DNA of 46,476 bases, from contig JBFRWD010000127.1 in the NCBI GenBank assembly GCA_051439425.1, positions 1 to 46,476 of the forward strand. Direction: 5' to 3'. Every line of letters begins with the position of its first letter. The stretch's first letter is position 1. Shown here one piece after another: positions 39,575-46,476 of this stretch. The notes under the pieces were generated by a model. It was not told the origin of the DNA. It made no database searches and saw only the letters and a program-made list of their open reading frames with translations. The stretch is from Synechococcus sp. GTDB taxonomy: Bacteria > Cyanobacteriota > Cyanobacteriia > Thermostichales > PCC-7336. The translations under genes and the position numbers were made by a program.

Positions 39575-40603
39575 TTACTCGTCTTCCGCAAAGATGTAGC
39601 GATAGAGTTCGTCCACAGTAGGTTCAGGACTGTCCAACGCGAACTCCACGGCATCCTCGACCTCTTTACGAATATCCAGGGCAATCTCGTCAAACTCGGC
39701 CTGGCTCATGAGGTTGTGTTCGAGGGCATGGCTCTCAAACAGTTTGATGGGGTCCTGCTTGCGCCAGAACTCCTTTTCTTCCTCAGAGCGCAATTCGTCA
39801 GGGTCGGCCAGTGAGTGGCCTCTAAACCGATAAGTCATGCATTCCAGTAAAGTCGGCCCTTCGCCAGCTCTGGCACGGTCTAGTGCCTGCTGGGTGGCCT
39901 TACGAACAGTCAGAACGTCCATGCCGTTGATACGGTACCCAGGCATGCCGAAGGCAGCTGCTTTCTTGTAAATTTCGACGTCGGATGTAGCCCGTTCGTG
40001 CAGCATACCGATCGCCCAGTTGTTGTTCTCAACCACGTAAATGATTGGTAGCTTCCACAACTGCGCCATGTTCAGGCATTCAAAGAATTGTCCGTTGTTG
40101 GAGGCTCCATCTCCGAAGAAGCAGGCGGTCACCTGATCGGTGCCGCGATATTTTGCCGAAAAAGCTGCCCCTGTCGCTACAGGGATACCTTCGGCAACGA
40201 ATGCATACCCCCCCAGAAAGTTGTGCTCGGCAGAAAATAGGTGCATGGAGCCACCCCGCCCCTTGCTGCAACCCGTCGCCTTTCCAAAGAGCTCTGCCAT
40301 CACCGAACGGGCGGAGACTCCGGCACTAAGGGCGTGGACGTGTTCGCGATAGGTCCCAGCAAAGTAGTCCGTCGGTTTCATCGCTTTGATGACCCCTGTG
40401 GTCACTGCCTCTTGACCGTTATACAAGTGGACAAAGCCGAACATTTTGCCCTTGTAATACATCTCGGCGCACTTGTCTTCGAACTGCCGCCCCAACTGCA
40501 TGTCGCGATAAATGACCAATGCCTCGTCGCGAGTCACGCTCGCCTGCTGCTCTTGATCGGGAGACAAATTCGTTAACTTTGGGGGAGCAAATTCTTGAAC
40601 CAT
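39575..40603 (-). CDS. pdhA: Pyruvate dehydrogenase E1 alpha subunit
   Basis: [21 protein letters not shown] motif GDGA..NN and [11 protein letters not shown]. Confidence 0.97.
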   Translation of the reverse strand: MVQEFAPPKLTNLSPDQEQQASVTRDEALVIYRDMQLGRQFEDKCAEMYYKGKMFGFVHLYNGQEAVTTGVIKAMKPTDYFAGTYREHVHALSAGVSARSVMAELFGKATGCSKGRGGSMHLFSAEHNFLGGYAFVAEGIPVATGAAFSAKYRGTDQVTACFFGDGASNNGQFFECLNMAQLWKLPIIYVVENNNWAIGMLHERATSDVEIYKKAAAFGMPGYRINGMDVLTVRKATQQALDRARAGEGPTLLECMTYRFRGHSLADPDELRSEEEKEFWRKQDPIKLFESHALEHNLMSQAEFDEIALDIRKEVEDAVEFALDSPEPTVDELYRYIFAEDE

Positions 40604-40852
40604 CTAAAGGTGCTGCACGGGGCAGGGTGTCTGGACAGGTGTCGTACTCGCCTACATGCACCGAGCAAGCTCGGTCGCGTGCGTTCAGCAAACATTGCAG
40701 GAGAGACCTTAAAATTACCATAAGGTTTCTCCATCAACCGGACGGATGCGTCGTACCTCTACTGTCTCATTTCTAAAACAGCCGTCAAGCTTATGGATGG
40801 GCTCTTTGATATTGGCCACATCTTAGCCACATCGGAATTAATGTTTCCGCCT

Positions 40853-42163
40853 TTAGTTGAGGAAGGTTGGTGGAATCGATAATTCGTGTGTCTTTCCAAA
40901 CAAAATCATTTCGCGATGTCGAATTGCAGTAATCGCAACCCCCCACGGGAAGGTAAAGGACTCGAACGATTCAGAGGTAATTCTATCTAGGTCTAAATCT
41001 TCAACTACTTTTTTGAGAATGTCCAACAATTGCATGCGTAACGCTTCTAGCTGTTCGGGGGAGTCGGCGGCATAGACGCGATCAAGCAACGCAAGAATTT
41101 CTAAGTTGTATTGATCGGCTCGATTTTTCTGTCGCATAAGCCAGCGTTGGTGAACTTGCCATACGCTCGAAGCTGCCAATACCGTTACCGAGACAATCAG
41201 ACCAATGGCTTCTGCATACGTGACTAGAAAGTTAGGTCGATCTTGAGTGTAATAGCTTTCAGCACCGAAGTGGACGGGAATGCCGAAATTGAGACTGGAT
41301 GTCGGCACAGAAATCGCTGCAGATCCTGGATGCAAAGCAATCAGCTCGCTGCGATATTCATTCAGTACCTGCGTGATATTCGCCACAACTTGACCATCGA
41401 GGCCTTGATTGGCTAACAACACAGCCTGAACAGCAACAGCAGGTGTATCGCGAGCCGGTATCGGAGGGGACCCGCTGTATGCCCCCTGAGGAACGGTTTC
41501 TTCGTTCAAAAACGGTTGAGTTAACCGCAGGGCTTCCACTTGTTCGATCGCCACCAATCCAGCTTGGCTTTCTTGCAGGAATGCAGCCATATTGCGATTT
41601 CCCAAAGCCAGGACTCTGGACAGCGCATCCACCTCCCCATCTATCAGGGCTTGATTGGCTTCGGCTGGGGGCAATGCTACGTAATCCAAATTGTCTGGTG
41701 TTAAACCGTAGTGACGAGCTAATTGCCAAAACAACGCAAATGACCCGCTTCCCTCTTGCATTAAGGCCACCCGCCGTCCTCGCAGATCGCCAAACACTTC
41801 GATGCCACTGTTAGGAGCTGCAACCACATGCAGCATTTCGGGAAATAGAGAGGCAACGGCTCGGGCCGAAGGACTCGCTGGCGTATCGTTTTGGGCCAAT
41901 GCCAATTGCACTTCTCCTTCCTCCAACATGTGCAAGTTTTGCACCGAGCCGCGAGTGGCAACGACCTCGATCTGAATGCGTGGAAAGTGTTCGGCGACTA
42001 CTTCAGATAGCGCGCTACCAAAGGCGTAATACTGACCGCGACTGCTTCCGGTAGCAATCTTGATGGTGTGGGTTCGATTTCCCTCCCGCACTGCCAAAAA
42101 ACCGAAAGCCACCCCCATAGACAGGCTGACAACCACGATGGGAAGAACAATGCGACTCTGCAT
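40853..42163 (-). CDS. TAXI-family TRAP solute-binding protein with C-terminal TM/helical extension
   Basis: IATGSSRGQYY, TRGSVQNL, ALAQND, LFPE, GSGS and PVHFGA..YY motifs; extra TM helix and helical tail. Confidence 0.85.
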   Translation of the reverse strand: MQSRIVLPIVVVSLSMGVAFGFLAVREGNRTHTIKIATGSSRGQYYAFGSALSEVVAEHFPRIQIEVVATRGSVQNLHMLEEGEVQLALAQNDTPASPSARAVASLFPEMLHVVAAPNSGIEVFGDLRGRRVALMQEGSGSFALFWQLARHYGLTPDNLDYVALPPAEANQALIDGEVDALSRVLALGNRNMAAFLQESQAGLVAIEQVEALRLTQPFLNEETVPQGAYSGSPPIPARDTPAVAVQAVLLANQGLDGQVVANITQVLNEYRSELIALHPGSAAISVPTSSLNFGIPVHFGAESYYTQDRPNFLVTYAEAIGLIVSVTVLAASSVWQVHQRWLMRQKNRADQYNLEILALLDRVYAADSPEQLEALRMQLLDILKKVVEDLDLDRITSESFESFTFPWGVAITAIRHREMILFGKTHELSIPPTFLN

Positions 42164-42679
42164 GGTATGAGCGGTAAACCCTGATAGTGAAAAGAGCGGT
42201 TTCTAAGAAGCTGCAGGTATCAAAAAAAAAAGGAGTCCGTGAAAAGACCAGCTTGAATGAATGTCGTGGAACGATAGAAGGTACTGGCTAGCATTGAAAT
42301 TAACTTGACTCTACTGATGGGCTTCAGCCACGTCAAGAAAACTGGTGTTTGTACGTCAAAGGTGCGGGCACTCAAATGTGTAAGTTTTGACGTTGGCTCG
42401 TTTTCCGCTAAGGCACCCCATCCTGGCCATAGTATTTTGGCTAAACTTTGCGGTAATGCGACGACAGCTCGGTCGGATATTTCTCGTAGCCGTGTTTCGT
42501 ACCTCAACGAACGAAGCTGTCGACATATCCCCCTGAAAAAGTCCTGTACTTGTTGACTGAATTGGCACGATTTTGTCGAACTACACGGTTTTGCTGGTCG
42601 AATTGAGGCTGTTTGATGAACGCTTCCCTTTGCAAGCTCCTGTCATTTGAAGCGATTCACGTTAGCTTGGAGTTCCATC

Positions 42680-43357
42680 GTGTTTGATTGGCTCGGGCGA
42701 CTTCTTGGTAACCGATGGTTGGCAACAGGATCGACAGCCGTTTCTCGCTGTCGTCGAGAGAGCACGCAGGTGCTAGCTGCATCTAAAACGGCTCAGCGAA
42801 AATTGGAAGCTTCAGTTACCCTGTTAGCTCAAGCTGCAGTCGATCAGGAAATGGCATATCGCCAGCTCGAACAGCAGTATTTGGCGAAAGTTAACGAGCT
42901 CAAACACTGTGAAGATCGCCTATTGGCAATGAATCAGGTTGGCTACAGCAACTCCATTCGCTCTTTAGTTGGCCGTCAGCGCCAGTTGGAAAAAGCATTA
43001 CCTGACATGAAAGCAGCGGTTGAGTCAGGTCACAGGCAGCGACAAGCCATACAACACACCCTTCAACAACTCCGTAACAAGCTGCGACAACAGCGCGGTG
43101 TTCTCCGACAGCTTTACCAGCAACACGCTTTCAATCAGGCAGAAGCAGCCCGTCTGGACAGCCAGGCAGCCATTCAATCTGCCAGCCAACAACTAGAGCA
43201 CGCTCAGCAAACCCTATTGCGCCAGCAAGATGAATTGCAGGCTATTAGCGGGCTGTCTACCGACGAAACAGCAGCATTGCTGGCCGCCCTGGATCGCCTT
43301 GAGTTTCACTCTGTCAACCAAACGAGAAGTGAAAGGGGTCAACAGACAGGTGGCTGA
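42680..43357 (+). CDS. Divergent PspA/IM30 (Vipp1)-like coiled-coil protein
   Basis: Amphipathic N-terminus MFDWLGRLLG, about 225 aa, all-helical with PspA-like spacing; GGAG before the GTG. Confidence 0.55.
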   Translation: MFDWLGRLLGNRWLATGSTAVSRCRRESTQVLAASKTAQRKLEASVTLLAQAAVDQEMAYRQLEQQYLAKVNELKHCEDRLLAMNQVGYSNSIRSLVGRQRQLEKALPDMKAAVESGHRQRQAIQHTLQQLRNKLRQQRGVLRQLYQQHAFNQAEAARLDSQAAIQSASQQLEHAQQTLLRQQDELQAISGLSTDETAALLAALDRLEFHSVNQTRSERGQQTGG

Positions 43358-43373
43358 CTCTATGCTCGCGGTT

Positions 43374-44123
43374 CTAGGGTGTAAGAGTGGGAGCTAAGAA
43401 AGGAGCCAGATTGACGACCGGCCCGACAATGGCAACCGCAGGGGTCGACAGTCCGAGGGTATCGTAGTCATTCTCGATGCTTCTCAACGTGGTGATTACC
43501 ACAGATTGACGCGGAGTTGTGCCCCAACTAACGACGGCAACTGGCGTATCCATTGGCTTACCACCGGCAATCAAAGCCGCAGAAATTGTGCGTAGGTTGT
43601 AGATTCCCATGTAGATCACCAGAGTTTCGGTGCCCTGGGCTAGGGCAGCCCAGTTGACTTCAGGGCGATATTTGTTGATGGCCTCGTGACCGGTGACAAA
43701 GGTTACGGAGGAACTATACTCGCGATGGGTGACCGGAATACCGGCATAAGCAGGGGCTGCAATTCCAGCAGTAATGCCGGGAATAACCTCTACATCAATC
43801 CCGGCTTCGCGTAATCCCAACATTTCTTCCCCCCCTCGTCCGAACACAAATGGATCCCCTCCTTTCAAGCGCACCACCACAGCATATTCAGCTGCCAACT
43901 CGATGAGGAGTTGAGTTATTTTTTCTTGAGGGAGTGTATGGTTATCTTTCTGTTTTCCAGCGTAGAGTTGTCGAGCGTTGGGCGAGACAATGTCTAGAAC
44001 GGGCTGGCTCACTAGAGCGTCATAAACAACGACATCGCAGTTTTCCAGTAACGATTTACCTCGCACTGTTAATAACCCTGGATCTCCAGGCCCCGCGCCA
44101 ACTAAATAGACTTTGCCAGTCAT
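43374..44123 (-). CDS. cobA: Uroporphyrinogen-III C-methyltransferase
   Basis: LVGAGPGDPGLLT, YDALV, RLKGGDPFVFGRGGEE, PGITA and GIPVTHR motifs. Confidence 0.96.
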   Translation of the reverse strand: MTGKVYLVGAGPGDPGLLTVRGKSLLENCDVVVYDALVSQPVLDIVSPNARQLYAGKQKDNHTLPQEKITQLLIELAAEYAVVVRLKGGDPFVFGRGGEEMLGLREAGIDVEVIPGITAGIAAPAYAGIPVTHREYSSSVTFVTGHEAINKYRPEVNWAALAQGTETLVIYMGIYNLRTISAALIAGGKPMDTPVAVVSWGTTPRQSVVITTLRSIENDYDTLGLSTPAVAIVGPVVNLAPFLAPTLTP

Positions 44124-44294
44124 GACCGTTTGGTTCTCTCAGCAATCTGTGCAGTACAAAAGTTGAAGGTTAGTGCTCTGTCGGATTAAGCCAGGGGGGT
44201 AGTGATATGCGATTGCTCAATTGGTTGGGGTATTTGACAGAGACCCAAGTTTTTTTTCGGACATCTCACGGAACATCTCAGTTTGCACGCAAGG

Positions 44295-45098
44295 CTAAGC
44301 TGCCTGTTGTCCGAGCGTGTTGGACTTGTGGAGTGTCTCAATGACTAGATCCCTAACGGCATCGCACCAAAGATGATGAGGCATAAGGACAGGAGACACG
44401 TACAGGTGTAATTGGATCAATTCGGCTTCCAGTGATCGGGCCACATTGCATACCCGATCGGATAACCAACCTGGAAACAGCAATCCTGTCACAATCCCGA
44501 TTCTCCGGCTGCCCTGTCTGTAAAGCAGGTGGATTTGCGGCTCTAGACGAGGCTCCTGCTTGGCATACGCTGTTAGCACTGTCAGAGCGCTCGAATCTGT
44601 GTTGCCTGCTAATAGCATTTGGCCCATCTGCTCGAACTGTCTGGCAAATGAAGTCCTGCGGCTACCATGTCCCCACAACACCCAAGCGTCACAAGTGGGT
44701 GCTGCATCGCGAACGGCAACCAGAACGTCAGCAAATTGCTGAGTCTGTCCGATGGGCGAAGTCAAGTGAAACGACTGCTGTGGACAGAGGGGGACTGTAT
44801 TAGCAATAGCTGCAGGGATATCCTCACGAACGTGCACCCCGGCGGCCATAAATACCGGTACGACCACTACATCTGTGATGTGGAAAGACGAGTCAAGTCT
44901 CTGCACTGCTTGCTGCAACTGCAAGGCCAGGGGAAGTTCCGCCAATTCAAGTTGGCACCCAACTACGTGCCAGTGGGTCAATGCTTGCTGGCACTCGCTC
45001 ACAAAAGCCTCAAAGCTGTCACGAGATCGACGATCGCGACTGCCGTGACACACTAATGAGATGAGAGTTGTTGGGGACTCGTTCAATGAACTTTCCAA
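44295..45098 (-). CDS. Sirohydrochlorin chelatase (SirB/CbiX family, two domains)
   Basis: HGSRD, VPVFMAAGVHVREDIP and a second GHGSR motif; upstream of cobA; no His-rich or Fe-S tail. Confidence 0.85.
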   Translation of the reverse strand: MESSLNESPTTLISLVCHGSRDRRSRDSFEAFVSECQQALTHWHVVGCQLELAELPLALQLQQAVQRLDSSFHITDVVVVPVFMAAGVHVREDIPAAIANTVPLCPQQSFHLTSPIGQTQQFADVLVAVRDAAPTCDAWVLWGHGSRRTSFARQFEQMGQMLLAGNTDSSALTVLTAYAKQEPRLEPQIHLLYRQGSRRIGIVTGLLFPGWLSDRVCNVARSLEAELIQLHLYVSPVLMPHHLWCDAVRDLVIETLHKSNTLGQQAA

Positions 45099-45607
45099 TA
45101 TTGATGTTGTGACGAGGGAAACTAGTTAAAACGACAAGACTTGCAAGGTGCCCTGCGATGCCTCAAAGCGTATAGCCTTTGCCCCTGGCACCGTACTACT
45201 CCAGCTCAGCACTTGGGTAATAGGCAACCAAAGTGGAGTGACGGCTGATGAAATGGCTGAAAGGCCATGTCAAGAGCGACTTAGGCTAGATTCAGACATA
45301 GTAACTGTCTGTGTCCTTGCTTGAGTGAGAGGGCTCAGGAGAGCGGCGTGTTAACTGTGGTTACAAATACGCATATCTCGTCAGGAGCAAGAGACGATCG
45401 ACTTGTTTTCTGCCCCCTGGATGCTTGAGTATAACTGCTTTCTACGAACCTTTCTTTGCATGTCAAGTGAGCATAATCGCGAGTGGTAGCCGTCGAGGAA
45501 CTCTGAAAGTTTGGAGTTCCAGTTGTGTCTCTCCTGAGATCTAAGTTAAGTTTAGTTAACACTTACATCCAAGCCCTAGCAGACAAACGACCGTTTTGAG
45601 CTTAGTT

Positions 45608-46476
45608 ATGAAATACCCGCAGCAAGCCGTATGGAAGCGTTCGCTAGTGGCGATCGCATGCAGTGCACTCCTACTACAAGCCCCGATAATCCAGAAGCCC
45701 GCCCAGGCCGCCCCCACGTCTCCACTGGAGTACGGTCAGTTTTTACAGTGGGTTAGCGAATGTGAAACGCCTGATGTCTCTTGCCGAATCTCTCGCGTCA
45801 CTATCAGTGAAACTGAAGGCAATACATCTGCTGAAGTCAGCGCCAGTGACGCAGCCACAGACGGTCAAGAGCAGTTATTTCGCGTCACTCTAGTTCCCGA
45901 TCCTTTACGGACTTCCGCACTTGCCAACCGGTTGACCGAGGCAAGCATTGATGTGGCTTTTCGCCAGCGGGGTGAAGGGAATGTACTAGTGGGGATTTTG
46001 GGAAATCTTTTCATCCCCATTCTGCTGTTAGTTGGATTGTTCTTTCTATTCCGGCGTGGCAATGCGGGCGGAGGCCCCGGTCAGGCCATGAACTTCGGCA
46101 AATCTCGGGCTCGATTCCAAATGGAAGCGAAAACTGGGGTCAAGTTCGATGATGTTGCCGGTATTGAAGAGGCAAAAGAGGAACTTCAAGAAGTTGTTAC
46201 GTTCTTGAAGAAGCCAGAGCGGTTTACTGCGGTCGGAGCCAAGATTCCCAAAGGGGTTTTATTGGTTGGCCCTCCCGGTACCGGCAAAACTTTGCTTGCC
46301 AAGGCTATTGCCGGTGAAGCCGGTGTTCCTTTCTTCTCCATCTCCGGTTCCGAGTTTGTTGAGATGTTTGTGGGGGTGGGTGCATCCCGAGTCCGCGACT
46401 TGTTCAAAAAGGCAAAAGAAAACGCCCCATGCATTATCTTCATCGATGAAATTGATGCTGTGGGTCGTCAACGTGG
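45608..46476 (+). CDS. ftsH: ATP-dependent zinc metalloprotease FtsH (5' part, runs off the window end)
   Basis: Own translation from the ATG at 45608: [54 protein letters not shown] and [13 protein letters not shown]. Confidence 0.95.
   Translation, partial: MKYPQQAVWKRSLVAIACSALLLQAPIIQKPAQAAPTSPLEYGQFLQWVSECETPDVSCRISRVTISETEGNTSAEVSASDAATDGQEQLFRVTLVPDPLRTSALANRLTEASIDVAFRQRGEGNVLVGILGNLFIPILLLVGLFFLFRRGNAGGGPGQAMNFGKSRARFQMEAKTGVKFDDVAGIEEAKEELQEVVTFLKKPERFTAVGAKIPKGVLLVGPPGTGKTLLAKAIAGEAGVPFFSISGSEFVEMFVGVGASRVRDLFKKAKENAPCIIFIDEIDAVGRQR

Larger units (their letters stand above)
1..46476. repeat. Dispersed HIP1 octamers (GCGATCGC)
   Basis: Many copies throughout, e.g. 1534, 3124 and 4312; a hallmark of cyanobacterial genomes. 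Confidence 0.9.

Overview
Chromosomal window from a cyanobacterium: HIP1 octamers (GCGATCGC) are abundant, and gifA, bioU, the pipY-sepF-proC block and efp-accB are present. It is mostly housekeeping: trpG/pabA, a CPA1 antiporter, a GT2 + GT-C glycosylation pair, nfu, gifA with an NtcA site, egtC-egtB, ald, efp, accB, aroE, gmk, wecB, pipY, sepF, proC, infC, sbcCD, a priming sugar transferase, 1-Cys peroxiredoxin, bioU, guaB3, an alpha/beta-fold protein, bioD, a thioredoxin-like protein, a multidomain response regulator, an FAD monooxygenase + beta-barrel pair, pdhAB, a TAXI protein, a PspA-like protein, cobA, a sirohydrochlorin chelatase and the 5' part of ftsH. I saw no tRNA, rRNA, CRISPR array or mobile element. 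Best leads: (1) a priming glycosyltransferase fused to two MshEN-like repeats; (2) a REC-wHTH-HPt-REC-REC-GGDEF regulator with a dead GGDEF but an intact RxxD I-site, which with (1) may form c-di-GMP control of polysaccharide synthesis; (3) an SbcC with no zinc hook, internally duplicated coiled coils and identical 16-bp AT-rich flanking repeats; (4) an alpha/beta hydrolase lacking catalytic residues between bioD and bioU; (5) an atypical flavin monooxygenase paired with a beta-barrel protein. All family calls come from motif recognition by eye; no database searches were run.
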